Assembly (NCBI GenBank): GCA_034666965.1
Contig: JAXDKT010000061.1
Location: forward strand, 457-64,456
Source: Chloroflexota bacterium
GTDB lineage: Bacteria; Chloroflexota; Limnocylindria; Limnocylindrales; CSP1-4
DNA: 64,000 bases
Reading direction: 5' to 3'
Below are positions 9,894-19,528 of this stretch, piece after piece. Position numbers and translations under genes: made by a program. The notes beneath the pieces were generated by a model, which was not told where the DNA came from, did no database searches, and saw only the letters and a list, made by a program, of their open reading frames with translations. Numbering within the stretch: position 1 is the first letter of the stretch; each line of letters opens with the position of its first letter.

Positions 9894-10535
9894 TCAGGTG
9901 TCCCGCGGCCGATCCCATGGGCTGAGCCGGCGCTGGATCCGGAGGAGGACCAGGTCGGCCACGACCGCAAGCAGGACCGAGCCAATCGCACCCACGTAGA
10001 TCCGGGTCGGGAAGGCCAGCTGCAGGCCCAGGAAGATCTGCTGTCCGAGACCGCCCTGGCCGATGATCCCGGTCACGGTCACCAGGCCGATGGTGGTCAC
10101 GGTCGCGACGCGCAGACCGGCGAAGATCACCGGGATGGCCAGCGGCAGCTCCATGCCGAGGAGGCGCTGGCGGGGCGTGTAACCCATCGCCGTGGCGGCC
10201 TCGCGCGCGTCCGGCGGCACGCCGTCGAGGCCGGCCACGATGTTTCGGATGAGGATGAGCAACGTGTAGCTGACCAGCCCGATCTCGGCGGTGAGGAGCG
10301 AGAAACCGGTGAACGGGACGAGGATCGCGAACAGGGCCAGGCTCGGGATCGTGTACAGCAGTCCGGTCACCGCCGTGATCGGGCCGTAGGCCCACCGGAA
10401 GCGATAGGCCAGCAGGGCCAGGACCATCGAGATCGCGAACCCGATCGCGACCGCGACCGCGGTCAGGACGACATGCTCCCAGACGGAGGCCCCGATCGTG
10501 CTCAGGTGATTGGCGACCCAGACGAGGTCGATCAC
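9894..10535 (-). CDS. ABC transporter permease (OpuBB/ProW-like)
   Basis: 213 aa multi-TM permease. Overlaps the upstream ATPase gene by 4 nt. Confidence 0.85.
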   Translation of the reverse strand: MIDLVWVANHLSTIGASVWEHVVLTAVAVAIGFAISMVLALLAYRFRWAYGPITAVTGLLYTIPSLALFAILVPFTGFSLLTAEIGLVSYTLLILIRNIVAGLDGVPPDAREAATAMGYTPRQRLLGMELPLAIPVIFAGLRVATVTTIGLVTVTGIIGQGGLGQQIFLGLQLAFPTRIYVGAIGSVLLAVVADLVLLRIQRRLSPWDRPRDT

Positions 10536-11680
10536 CGCGGTCCGCCTTCGCGCAGCAAGGTGGCGATGGTGTCGATCGTGACGATGCCAAGGGATCGGCC
10601 ATCGCGATCGACCACGATCCCGGCCTGGACCCCGGCGGCGAGCAGCCTCGACAGGACGTCCTTGACCGTGGATTGCGGTGAGAGCAGTGGCGAGGTCGGG
10701 TCGGCCAAGCTGGCATCCAGCGGCCCGTCGGGCGGGATGGCGCTCCGGGGTACCCAGCCCAGCGGGCGGCCGTCGGCGTCGACCAGGAGCAGGAACGGGA
10801 ACGAATCGGCGAGGACGCGCGCTCGGGCTTCGCCGGCATCGTCGCCGACCCGGGCGGTCACCGGTCGGGCGAGCGGCAGCTCCCCGACCCGGATCAGCGA
10901 CAGCCGTTTGAGGCCGCGGTCGGCGCCCACGAAGCGGGCCACGAAGTCGGACGCGGGGTTCGACAGGATCTCGGCCGGTGGACCGAACTGGGCCAGATGC
11001 CCGCCGACCTGCATGACGGCGACCAGGTCGCCCATCTTGATCGCCTCGTCGATGTCATGGGTCACGAACAGGATCGTCTTGGCCAGCTCGTCCTGAAGTC
11101 TCAGGAACTCGTCCTGGAGGCGCTCGCGAACGATCGGATCGACGGCCCCGAAGGGCTCGTCCATGAGCATCACCGGCGGATCCGCGGCGAGCGCCCGCGC
11201 CACCCCGACCCGCTGCCGCTCGCCGCCCGAGAGCTGGCTCGGGTAGCGATCCCGATAGCTGGCCGGCTCGAGACCCACCAGGCGCAGCAGCTCGTCGGTC
11301 CGTGCCTGGCGGCGCGCCGGATCCCAACCCAGCAGCCGGGGCACGACCGCGACGTTGTCGCCGATCGTCTGATGGGGGAACAGCCCGGTCGACTGGATGA
11401 CGTAGCCGATCCCGCGCCGGAGCTCGATGACGTCCCGCGTGGCGGCATCCACGCCATCGATCAGGATCTGGCCGGAGGTCGGCTCGATGAGCCGGTTGAC
11501 CATCTTGAGGCTGGTCGTCTTGCCGCAGCCCGACGGGCCGACGAGGACGCAGATCTTGCCCGCCGGGACCTCGAACGACAGGTCGTTGACCGCGCCCGGA
11601 GTGTCCGTCCGGGTCGTGTCATAGCGTTTCGTGACATGGCGGAACTCGACGGTCGCGGCCTGTCGAGGGTGGGCGGTCAT
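10532..11680 (-). CDS. ABC transporter ATP-binding protein with C-terminal CBS pair (OpuCA/ProV-like)
   Basis: Walker A GPSGCGKTT, signature LSGGERQRV, Walker B VMLMDEPFGAVD, and a CBS-domain tail typical of osmoprotectant importers. Confidence 0.9.
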   Translation of the reverse strand: MTAHPRQAATVEFRHVTKRYDTTRTDTPGAVNDLSFEVPAGKICVLVGPSGCGKTTSLKMVNRLIEPTSGQILIDGVDAATRDVIELRRGIGYVIQSTGLFPHQTIGDNVAVVPRLLGWDPARRQARTDELLRLVGLEPASYRDRYPSQLSGGERQRVGVARALAADPPVMLMDEPFGAVDPIVRERLQDEFLRLQDELAKTILFVTHDIDEAIKMGDLVAVMQVGGHLAQFGPPAEILSNPASDFVARFVGADRGLKRLSLIRVGELPLARPVTARVGDDAGEARARVLADSFPFLLLVDADGRPLGWVPRSAIPPDGPLDASLADPTSPLLSPQSTVKDVLSRLLAAGVQAGIVVDRDGRSLGIVTIDTIATLLREGGPR

Positions 11681-11696
11681 GGGCTGTGCGCAGTCG

Positions 11697-12692
11697 TCAG
11701 CCGGCGTCGATCAGGGGTTTGACCTCTCCGATGAACCGTTCGAACGTCTCGACGTCGTAGGGCGCGGGTTGCTCGGAGATGACGGTCCGGAAGCCGAGCT
11801 CCACATAGGGCCGCAGCCGGTCGGCGATCTCCTCCGGCGTCCCGTTCCAGAAGGTGTCGTCGTCCTCGACCTCGGCCATCGGTGTCCGGTTGGCGGCCAT
11901 CTTCTCGGCCCAGACCCGCTCTGCCTCGGCTTTCGAATCGCGCAGGGTCACCTTGACGCCCAGGGTGAACTCGATCTCGGCCGGATCGCGCCCCACCGCA
12001 GCGCAGTGCTCGCGCAGAACCTCGACCTTGTGGGCCATGAGCTCGACGGGACCCATCGCGTTCCACATGTCGGCGTACTTGGCCACGGTCCGCAGGGTCT
12101 TCTTCTCGCCGCTGCCGCCGATCAGGATCGGGACGTGGCGCTGGACGGGGGCTGGCTGGTGGCGGAGGTCGTCGAAGGCGTACCGGCCGCCGGGTGCCGA
12201 TGTCACCGAACCCCCATCGAGGATCCGGCGGATCGCCGCGACCGATTCGTCGAGCCAGTCCAGCCGCTGACCGAAGCCCGATCCGAAGTCGATCCCGTGG
12301 GCGCGGTGCTCGGGCTCCATCCAGGCTCCGCCGAGGCCCAGGATGGCCCGCCCGCCGCTGATGTGGTCGAGGGTGGCGACGGTCTTCGCCACCAGGCCGG
12401 GGTTGCGGAACGTGTTCGCGCCGACCAGCAGCCCCAGCCGAGTCCGCTCGGTGGCCATCGCCCAGGCCGCCAGCGCGGTCCAGCCCTCGAAGATGGGCTG
12501 GTACGGGTCGCCGAAGATGGCGTACAGGTGATCCCAGGTCCAGAGATGGTCGTAGCCCAGCCGATCGACCCGTTTGGCCGCTTCGAGCATGTCCGGCCAA
12601 CTGGCCGCCTGACTCCACAGCAGGATCCCCAGCTTGACGTCGCGATCGGGCACGGGTCTCCCTCCAGGGTGTGCGGGGGATGCGCGGGACAA
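11697..12692 (-). CDS. LLM-class (luciferase-like) flavin/F420-dependent oxidoreductase
   Basis: 331 aa TIM-barrel family (…DHLWTWDHL…GGRAILGLGGAWMEPEH…). Probably F420-dependent given lineage. Confidence 0.75.
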   Translation of the reverse strand: MSRASPAHPGGRPVPDRDVKLGILLWSQAASWPDMLEAAKRVDRLGYDHLWTWDHLYAIFGDPYQPIFEGWTALAAWAMATERTRLGLLVGANTFRNPGLVAKTVATLDHISGGRAILGLGGAWMEPEHRAHGIDFGSGFGQRLDWLDESVAAIRRILDGGSVTSAPGGRYAFDDLRHQPAPVQRHVPILIGGSGEKKTLRTVAKYADMWNAMGPVELMAHKVEVLREHCAAVGRDPAEIEFTLGVKVTLRDSKAEAERVWAEKMAANRTPMAEVEDDDTFWNGTPEEIADRLRPYVELGFRTVISEQPAPYDVETFERFIGEVKPLIDAG

Positions 12693-12787
12693 GCGCCAAC
12701 GGTACGCCAGGCGGTGGGCTCGCGTCTGCCACCGGTCTGTGGGCTCTCATCTCGGCCGCGCTCGGCCGCCGGTCGCGACCGCGTCGG

Positions 12788-13267
12788 TCACTCCAGGGGC
12801 AGGCTGTCCAGGTCGCGCTCGATCGGCTCGCGGTCCTCGGCATCGGCGACGAGGGCCAGGCTGTCGTGGGCCCGCGTGCGCCACGCCTCCGCCGCGGACC
12901 GCTGGCCGGCAACCGCGTGGGCGCGAGCCAGGGCCTCGTGCGCTGCGGGCAGGTCCCAGTCTTCGGCCCCGGCATCGTCCGCCTCGAGGATCGCCAGACA
13001 TCGTCGAGCGTGCCAGAGGGCCGGCTCGGCTCGTCCCAGTACGGCGTAGACCCGTGAGCACAGCCATTCGCCGCGAGCCCGGTTGACCGGCAGCCCGATC
13101 GCGTCCCAGTGGTGGCGCGAGGCATGGGCCGCGTGGATCATGCGGTCCACGTCGGCGGCCGACCGATCGTCCCGCTCCAGGTACGTCCAGGTCAGGTTGT
13201 ACAACCCGGCGGCCAGCTCTCGTTGCGTGGCCGGATCGAGATCGGGCGGGAGGCGCGGTCGGCCCAT
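12788..13267 (-). CDS. Hypothetical protein
   Basis: 159 aa ORF with native-like codon usage (GC3-rich). Helical, Ala/Arg/Asp-rich. No family recognised. Confidence 0.4.
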   Translation of the reverse strand: MGRPRLPPDLDPATQRELAAGLYNLTWTYLERDDRSAADVDRMIHAAHASRHHWDAIGLPVNRARGEWLCSRVYAVLGRAEPALWHARRCLAILEADDAGAEDWDLPAAHEALARAHAVAGQRSAAEAWRTRAHDSLALVADAEDREPIERDLDSLPLE

Positions 13268-13545
13268 CAGGCGTTTTCGAGCTCGCGCGACACCGCCCGC
13301 AGGATGAACCGGGCGGCCTCGGCGCTCTTGCCTCCGAGCTTCTGGCCGTCGTCCTGCTCGAGCGCCACCATCAGGTCGCCGAGCATCGCCTCCAGGGCCG
13401 GCGTCCGGACCAGCTCGCCGCCGGCGAACGCGGCGTCGAGACGGGCGACGGCGCGGCGGGCGTTCTCGACCGCGTGGCCGCGATCCTCGGCGATCGCCCG
13501 AACCTCGGCGCGGGCGGCGTCGGCGGCGGCACCGGTGCTGGCCAC
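13267..13545 (-). CDS. Small hypothetical protein (~92 aa)
   Basis: Tail of the long artefactual ORF 13267..14589. Only the segment downstream of the GNAT gene (…RAEVRAIAEDRGHAVENARRAV…ILRAVSRELENA) has protein-like composition. GTG start assumed. Confidence 0.25.
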   Translation of the reverse strand: MASTGAAADAARAEVRAIAEDRGHAVENARRAVARLDAAFAGGELVRTPALEAMLGDLMVALEQDDGQKLGGKSAEAARFILRAVSRELENA

Positions 13546-13547
13546 GG

Positions 13548-14192
13548 TCAGGCCCTCCGCTCGATGCGGGCGACGGGCAGCTCCTCCCCCTCGACGCTGG
13601 GAGCGTCGCGGATCGTCGATCCTGGGGTCGGCTTGGCCCGGCTCGTCCAGTCGCTGTCGAGCATGCTCATCTGGAGCTCGTCCCAGTAGCGACCATCCCG
13701 CCAGATCGACTGTCGGGAGCGCCCCTCGACGACAAAGCCCGCCTTGCGATAGGCGCGGATGGCGCGCTCGTTGAAGGAGAACACGGACAACGCGACCCGG
13801 TGCAGGCCGAGCCGCTCGAAGGCATGCTCGAGCATCAGGGCGGTGGCTTCGCTGCCAAGACCCAGGCCCCAGGCATCCTTTTCGCCGATGGTGATGTGGA
13901 ACATCGCCGACCCGTTGTCGGCATCGAGCTGGCTGAACGCGCACGTGCCGATCAGCCGGCCGGAGTCGCGCAGGTGGATCGCCAGCGCCAGCGAATCGGT
14001 CCCGACCACCCGGGCATGGAAGAACCGGTCGATCTCGACCGTGGGCATGGGCCCTTCCTGATAGCGCGTCAGGCGAGCCACCTCGGGGTCGGTGTACCAG
14101 CGCCGGAACGCGCCGAGGTTGTCCGGCACGTGCCGGCGCAGGACGATCCGCTCGCCCGTGATCGAGTCCGGAAACCAGCCGCGATGGAGCAT
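13548..14192 (-). CDS. GNAT family N-acetyltransferase (RimJ/RimL-like)
   Basis: 214 aa. Motif A region …HRVALSVFSFNERAIRAYRKAGF… and a typical GNAT beta-alpha core. Confidence 0.85.
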   Translation of the reverse strand: MLHRGWFPDSITGERIVLRRHVPDNLGAFRRWYTDPEVARLTRYQEGPMPTVEIDRFFHARVVGTDSLALAIHLRDSGRLIGTCAFSQLDADNGSAMFHITIGEKDAWGLGLGSEATALMLEHAFERLGLHRVALSVFSFNERAIRAYRKAGFVVEGRSRQSIWRDGRYWDELQMSMLDSDWTSRAKPTPGSTIRDAPSVEGEELPVARIERRA

Positions 14193-14219
14193 GGGCGACG
14201 AAGGTATACCATCGCCGCC

Positions 14220-15923
14220 ATGCGGCGCTGGAGCGAGGTGGCCGAGCGGGTCGCCGCCACGACGCGCACCTCCGAGAAGACCCGCCTGCTCGCCGACGAG
14301 CTGCGGTCACTGGGCCCCGCCGAGCTGCCGATCGCAGCCGTCTTCCTGGCCGGCCGACCATTCGCCGAGGTCGACGGGCGGTCGACCGGTCTCGGCTGGT
14401 CGGCGATCGCGTCCGCCGTGACCGGTCTGGCCGGCGCTCCGGCCGGTGCCCTGGGCGAGGCCTACGACCGTTCCTCCGATCTTGGCATTGCGGTGGCCGA
14501 TCTCCTGTCGCGCTCGAACGGCCACCTCCCTGGCGACCCACCGGGCCTGGGCGACGTGGCGGCCGCGTTCGCCGCGATCGAGGCCGCATCCGGCCCCGCC
14601 GCGAAAGGCGCGATCCTCACCGAGCTGCTCGCCCGGTGCGACCCGCTGACGGCCAAGTTCGTGGTCAAGATCCTCTCGGGCGAGCTTCGGATCGGCCTGC
14701 GCGAGGGGCTCCTCGAAGCCGCCATCGCAACCGCCTTCGAGCGACCGCTCGAGGCGGTCAAGCGGGCGGGGATGCTGACCGGCGACATCGGAGCGACGGC
14801 GGTCCTGGCCCGCGCTGACGCCCTGGACACGGCCAGCCTGCGCCTGTTCCATCCGCTCAAGTTCATGCTGGCCTCGCCGGCTGAGGATGCCGCCGAGATC
14901 ATGACCCGACTGGGGCCGACCGCCTGGGTCGAGGACAAGTACGACGGGATCCGGGCCCAGCTCCACCACTCGGGGGCGGACGTCCGGCTCTACAGCCGCG
15001 ACCTGCACGACGTCAGCGGCCAGTTCCCCGAGGTCGTCGACGGGGCCCGCGATCTGGCCTGGGATGGGATCCTCGATGGCGAGGTGCTGGCCTACCGTGG
15101 CGGCGCGGTGATGCCCTTTGTCACGCTCCAGACGCGGCTCGGGCGGAAGTCGCCCTCGCCCGCCATCCGGGCCCAGGTCCCGGTCATCTTCGTCGCCTTC
15201 GACGTCCTTGCCCATGGGCCCCGCGGCGGGCTGGTCGAGCCCTGCCTGGATGAGCCGCTGGCGGATCGCCGCCGCCGCCTGGACGGCCTGACCCTGCCCT
15301 TGGTCGACGACGGCGGCGTCTTCGCCCTGTCCCATCTGGAGTCGGTCGACTCGGTCGACGACCTCGAACGCGCCTTCTCCGACGCCCGCGGCCGCAACAA
15401 CGAGGGCCTGATGGTCAAGGACCCGACGAGTCCGTACTCACCGGGTCGTCGCGGCCTGGGCTGGCTGAAGATGAAGAAGGCCCTGGCCACGATCGATTGC
15501 GTGGTGGTCGGGGTCGAGGTCGGGCACGGCAAGCGGCATGGGGTCCTGTCCGACTACACCTTCGCCGTCCGCGACGAAGCCACGGGCAGCCTGGTCACGA
15601 TCGGCAAGGCCTACAGCGGTCTGACCGACGCCGAGATCGCCGAGATGACTGCCTGGTTCGAGGCCCATACCCTCGAGCGCTTCGGCCGCTACCGGGTCGT
15701 CGAGCCCTCGATCGTGGTCGAGATCGCGTTCGACGTCATCGTCCGATCGACCCGCCATCGCTCCGGCTTCTCGCTGCGCTTTCCCCGGATCGCCCAGCTC
15801 CGTCGGGACAAGACGATCGACGAGATCGACACCGTGGCCAGCGTCGAGGCCATCTGGCGCGGGCTCCAGCACGGAGCCGAGCACCTGGTGACAGCACGCG
15901 CCGGGAGTCGGTCAAAGGCCTGA
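14220..15923 (+). CDS. lig: ATP-dependent DNA ligase (LigB/Cdc9-type)
   Basis: Adenylation domain with KYDGIRAQ (motif I, Lys), DGEVLAY (motif III) and LEGLMVK (motif V-like), plus an OB fold. The ORF in the track starts at 13800, but the N-terminal 140 aa overlap the divergent GNAT gene and are Arg/Pro-rich, so the true start is taken as MRRWSEVAERV…. Confidence 0.9.
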   Translation: MRRWSEVAERVAATTRTSEKTRLLADELRSLGPAELPIAAVFLAGRPFAEVDGRSTGLGWSAIASAVTGLAGAPAGALGEAYDRSSDLGIAVADLLSRSNGHLPGDPPGLGDVAAAFAAIEAASGPAAKGAILTELLARCDPLTAKFVVKILSGELRIGLREGLLEAAIATAFERPLEAVKRAGMLTGDIGATAVLARADALDTASLRLFHPLKFMLASPAEDAAEIMTRLGPTAWVEDKYDGIRAQLHHSGADVRLYSRDLHDVSGQFPEVVDGARDLAWDGILDGEVLAYRGGAVMPFVTLQTRLGRKSPSPAIRAQVPVIFVAFDVLAHGPRGGLVEPCLDEPLADRRRRLDGLTLPLVDDGGVFALSHLESVDSVDDLERAFSDARGRNNEGLMVKDPTSPYSPGRRGLGWLKMKKALATIDCVVVGVEVGHGKRHGVLSDYTFAVRDEATGSLVTIGKAYSGLTDAEIAEMTAWFEAHTLERFGRYRVVEPSIVVEIAFDVIVRSTRHRSGFSLRFPRIAQLRRDKTIDEIDTVASVEAIWRGLQHGAEHLVTARAGSRSKA

Positions 15924-15965
15924 TCGGGTCTCTGCGCGGCCGGTTCCCGGGCGTATCCTGTCGCC

Positions 15966-16514
15966 ATGTTCGCCCCGTCACAGTCGATGGAGCTCATCCT
16001 CTACACCGACTCGTACATCATTCGCGGCACCGCCGAGACGCGCGAGCGGCGGGTGACCGACATCCTCAATCACACCGAGCACGACTTCCTGGTCCTGCGC
16101 GAGACGACGTTCGAGGAGTACGGGTCGGGTTCGATGGGGATCCAGTCCGAGTACTCCCAGGTCAACCTCGAGAGCGTCCTGTTCGCGGTCGCCAACGACT
16201 TCGTGGGGGCCGCCCCCGAGCTGCGCATGCCCAAGGTCCCGGAAGAGGCCCTGATCATCGTCCCGCCCTTCCGGATCACCGGGCGGATCCACCTCCTGCC
16301 AGAGCGCAACCTCGTCGACGCGCTAGGCGAGCTGGTCGGCCGGTTCGTCCCGGTGACCGACGCGGCCTACTGGTCCGACACGGTCGGCGAGGCGCGCCAG
16401 TCCGCGACGATGGTCGCGGTCAATCACGCGCGCACGCAGATCCTGGCCCCACACCGGGTGGTCGACCCGTGGGCCGACCTGCGAACCGGCGACGATGCCG
16501 GGGGAGCGGCCTGA
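15966..16514 (+). CDS. Conserved hypothetical protein
   Basis: 182 aa, balanced composition. Directly downstream of the ligase gene with a 43-nt gap. No motif recognised. Confidence 0.5.
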   Translation: MFAPSQSMELILYTDSYIIRGTAETRERRVTDILNHTEHDFLVLRETTFEEYGSGSMGIQSEYSQVNLESVLFAVANDFVGAAPELRMPKVPEEALIIVPPFRITGRIHLLPERNLVDALGELVGRFVPVTDAAYWSDTVGEARQSATMVAVNHARTQILAPHRVVDPWADLRTGDDAGGAA

Positions 16515-16517
16515 GGG

Positions 16518-17360
16518 TCAGCGATCGACGGGCAGGTCGAGGCGGTCGCCCCATTCGGCCCAGCCCCCGTCGTAGACGGCGACGTCGTCGTGGCCGAGCA
16601 GGGTGAGGGCGAAGGCGAGCTTGGCGGCCGCGATGCCCGATCCGTCGTAGCACACCAGCCGGCGGCCACGGGTGACGTTGGCCTTGATCAGGATCTCGCG
16701 GAGCGCATCCGCCGCGAGGAACAGGCCGGTGCCCGGCTCGGTCATCGTCGACACCGGAACGTTGACCGCCCCCGGGATGTGCCCCAGCCGGCGGGTGTTG
16801 CCCTCGTAGCCGCGGTACTCGGCCGGTGCCCGTGCGTCGAGCAGAATGACGTCCGGTGAGCCCAGCAGCCCGCGCACGTCGGTCGTCGTCAGGCGCATCC
16901 GGGGCACGGCCCGCGGGATGAACGTGGCCGGTGCCGGCGGGAGGGTCGCCTGCGAGAGCTCGTGCTGCGCGGTGGTCCAGGCGGCCAGTCCGCCATCCAG
17001 GATCCGCGACGACTCCAGGCCATAGACCCGCAGGCTCCACCAGGCTCGCGCGGCATACAGGCTGGCGGTGTCGTCATAGAGCACGACCGTCGTGCCACCG
17101 CCCACGCCGAGCCGGCCGAGGGCCGCCGCCACGCGGTCCGGCCCGGCCAGCAGGAACAGCGGACTGTCGTCGTCGGGGTCCACCAGGTCGGACGACCAGT
17201 CGAGATAGGCCGCCCCGGGAATGTGGCCCGCGGCGTGGGCCGCCCGGCCGGTGCCGTCGGGCCTGACCCGGACGTCGAGCACGCGGATCTCGGGCCGTCC
17301 CAGGTTCTCGGCGAGCCACTCGACGCTCGCCAGGAGTTCCGGTCGGGGATAGCCGCTCAC
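16518..17360 (-). CDS. Two-domain rhodanese (thiosulfate/3-mercaptopyruvate sulfurtransferase, SseA-like)
   Basis: Two rhodanese domains. The active-site loop CYDGSGIAAAK (Cys) is in the C-terminal domain and the N-terminal domain is inactive. GTG start assumed (VSGYPRPELLASVEWL…); the ORF extends to 17444. Confidence 0.8.
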   Translation of the reverse strand: MSGYPRPELLASVEWLAENLGRPEIRVLDVRVRPDGTGRAAHAAGHIPGAAYLDWSSDLVDPDDDSPLFLLAGPDRVAAALGRLGVGGGTTVVLYDDTASLYAARAWWSLRVYGLESSRILDGGLAAWTTAQHELSQATLPPAPATFIPRAVPRMRLTTTDVRGLLGSPDVILLDARAPAEYRGYEGNTRRLGHIPGAVNVPVSTMTEPGTGLFLAADALREILIKANVTRGRRLVCYDGSGIAAAKLAFALTLLGHDDVAVYDGGWAEWGDRLDLPVDR

Positions 17361-17379
17361 GCTCGTATGATACGGACCC

Positions 17380-18615
17380 GTGGTGACCCCATTCCTCCCG
17401 GACAGCGAGAAGCTCGCCGCTGTCCGTGAGGCCTTGCCGGCCACGGCCGCCGGGATCTATCTCAACGCCGGGTCGGTCGGTCCCCTGCCAAGCGAGGTCC
17501 AGCGGGCGATGGCCGAGGTGGCTGAGCGCCAGGCGCGAGTCGGGCGGGCCACCGAGGACGACCATCTCGAGCTCCTCGAGCGGATGGACGAGGCGCGCGC
17601 GGCCGTCGCGGCGGCGATCGTCGCCGCGCCCGGGTCGATCGCGTTGACGCACTCGGCGACCGGGGCGCTGAACATCGCCGGCTGGGCGATCGACTGGCGG
17701 GCGGGCGACCGGGTCGTGACCACGGGGTCCGAGTACATCGCGGCCCTCGGTCCGCTGTCGACCATTGGCGATCGATTCGGCGTCGAGCTGGTCCAGGCCG
17801 AGATCGGCGCCGACGACGAGGCGACCCTGAAGTCCCTCGACCGGGCGATCACCCCCGCAACCCGGCTGGTCGTCATCAGCCATGTGACCTGGACGACCGG
17901 GACCCGGCTGCCGATCGCCCGGATCGCCGAGCTGGCTCACGATCGGGGTGCCCTGCTGGCCGTCGACGGCGCCCAGGCGGTCGGGGCGATCCCCGTCGAC
18001 GTGGGCGCGCTGGCAGTCGATTTCTACGCGCTCTGCGCTCAGAAGTGGCTGCTCGGGCCCGAGGGGATGGGCGCGCTGTACGTCGCCCCGACCGCCCTCG
18101 AGCATGCCCGCCGGACGTTCGCCGGCGAGCTCTCGTATGCCAGTTGGGATCCGGCTGCGGCCCCGAGGGTCCAGCCCGATGCCCGCCGGTTCGAGATCGC
18201 CGGCTACCACCCGCCCTCGGTCGTGGGCATGGCCCGCAGCGTGGCCTGGTTGTCGATGTACGTCGGGCTCGAGTGGGTCCATCGGCGGGGCGCGACGCTG
18301 GCCGCTGTGGCGGCGGCGCGTCTGGCGGCCATTCCCGGCGTCCACCTCCTGACCCCCACGGAGCGGATGGCCACCCTGGTCACGTTCCGGATCGAGGGCT
18401 GGCCCGCGGCGGCCGCGTTCGAGGAGATCTCCCGACGCAGCTTTGCCATCTTCCGGACGATCCCCGCCCTCGACGCGCTCCGGATCAGCGTGGGCTTCTA
18501 CACCACCGAGGACGAGCTGGAGCGCTTCGCCGCGACCGTGGCCCTGGTGGCCGGCCACACGCCCGACTCGATCCCGCCCCGGCGGACGCTGGCGATCCTG
18601 GGCCAGGACACGTGA
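17380..18615 (+). CDS. Aminotransferase class V (cysteine desulfurase/selenocysteine lyase-like PLP enzyme)
   Basis: 411 aa. N-terminal …AAGIYLNAGSVGPLP… and …VISHVTWTTG…CAQKWLLGPEGMGALYV… (PLP-lysine region) are typical of the class-V fold. Divergent from the rhodanese with about 19 nt between starts. Confidence 0.8.
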   Translation: MVTPFLPDSEKLAAVREALPATAAGIYLNAGSVGPLPSEVQRAMAEVAERQARVGRATEDDHLELLERMDEARAAVAAAIVAAPGSIALTHSATGALNIAGWAIDWRAGDRVVTTGSEYIAALGPLSTIGDRFGVELVQAEIGADDEATLKSLDRAITPATRLVVISHVTWTTGTRLPIARIAELAHDRGALLAVDGAQAVGAIPVDVGALAVDFYALCAQKWLLGPEGMGALYVAPTALEHARRTFAGELSYASWDPAAAPRVQPDARRFEIAGYHPPSVVGMARSVAWLSMYVGLEWVHRRGATLAAVAAARLAAIPGVHLLTPTERMATLVTFRIEGWPAAAAFEEISRRSFAIFRTIPALDALRISVGFYTTEDELERFAATVALVAGHTPDSIPPRRTLAILGQDT

Positions 18616-19019
18616 CCGCCGATCCGAGCCATCGCGACAGCGTCCGCCGCCGGGGCTGGCTCGAGGTTCGCTGGCGCCAGTTTCGAAACGCGCCGCGACC
18701 GATCGTTCGAGCGGTCCTCAGCCCGCTCGTCGTGGCGCTGGTGCTCGGACTGGGCTATCTCGCCTACGACCTCGCCCTGGCTCGTGGCGTCGCCCCGCCC
18801 GGTGGTGACCTGCGCCTGCTGGCGATCCTCGGGTACCTGGTCGCCGTCGTGGGCTGCGGGACCGTCGTGACCTACCTGATCGTGCCCCAGCCGACAGGAT
18901 CCGGGGCACGCCGGACGCGCAGCGTCTGGAGCGCGGCGCTGGGCTTCTTCGCCTCGGTCCCGATCGCCTACCTGGTCCTCGTCCTGATGAGCCAGATCGT
19001 TCGACCGCTGCTCGCCTGA
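18613..19019 (+). CDS. Small membrane protein (hypothetical)
   Basis: Only the 3' third of ORF 18045..19019 is protein-like, with 3 predicted TM helices (…VVALVLGLGYLAYDLAL…LAILGYLVAVVGCGTVVTYLIV…). GTG start overlaps the aminotransferase stop. Confidence 0.45.
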
Positions 19020-19182
19020 CGGCGAGCGAGCAACGGGACGTCCGTTCCGTACCGTGGTCCGGACGCACCGCCGCCACGCTCGGGGGGCCACCTCGGACTA
19101 GCCCTTCCGTACCATTCCGGGCTATCGTCGGGCGACTATCATCTTCCCCCTGGACCCGTCGACGGTGGCGGACCTCCACTTG

Positions 19183-19485
19183 CACGGTCAGAGGTTGCGT
19201 GTGTCTTCTGAAGAGCGGCATCTCGCGCTGCCGACGTTGTACGGAGCGCCCGCCTACGCCCGGCCGCCGCGGCCGATCGAAGAGGTCCAGCGTCCGATCG
19301 ATCCGGACGATCTGCCGCTCGAATTCCTGCGCACGCCCGACGAGCACGAGCTGGCCGCGCGGATGACCGGCAGCGCCTTCGCCCCGACCCTGGTGACGAC
19401 CAACGGCCACGGCCCGCAGGGTGGGCTCCAGGGTCGTCCGTTCCTGCTCCGCTCCCTGACGGGACGACTCTTCCGAAACTCCTGA
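19183..19485 (+). CDS. Hypothetical small protein
   Basis: About 100 aa ORF (…EEVQRPIDPDDLPLEFLRTPDEHELAARM…) between the membrane protein and the tRNA. Weak. Confidence 0.25.
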   Translation, partial: HGQRLRVSSEERHLALPTLYGAPAYARPPRPIEEVQRPIDPDDLPLEFLRTPDEHELAARMTGSAFAPTLVTTNGHGPQGGLQGRPFLLRSLTGRLFRNS

Positions 19486-19528
19486 CCCCCGTCGGCCGGG
19501 CCGCCAGGCAGGTGTAGCATCCCCGGGC

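Noticed and set aside
13800-14219. N-terminal 140-aa extension of the DNA ligase ORF
   Set aside because: It overlaps the divergent GNAT gene and has junk composition. The ligase homology begins at MRRWSEVAERV (14220).
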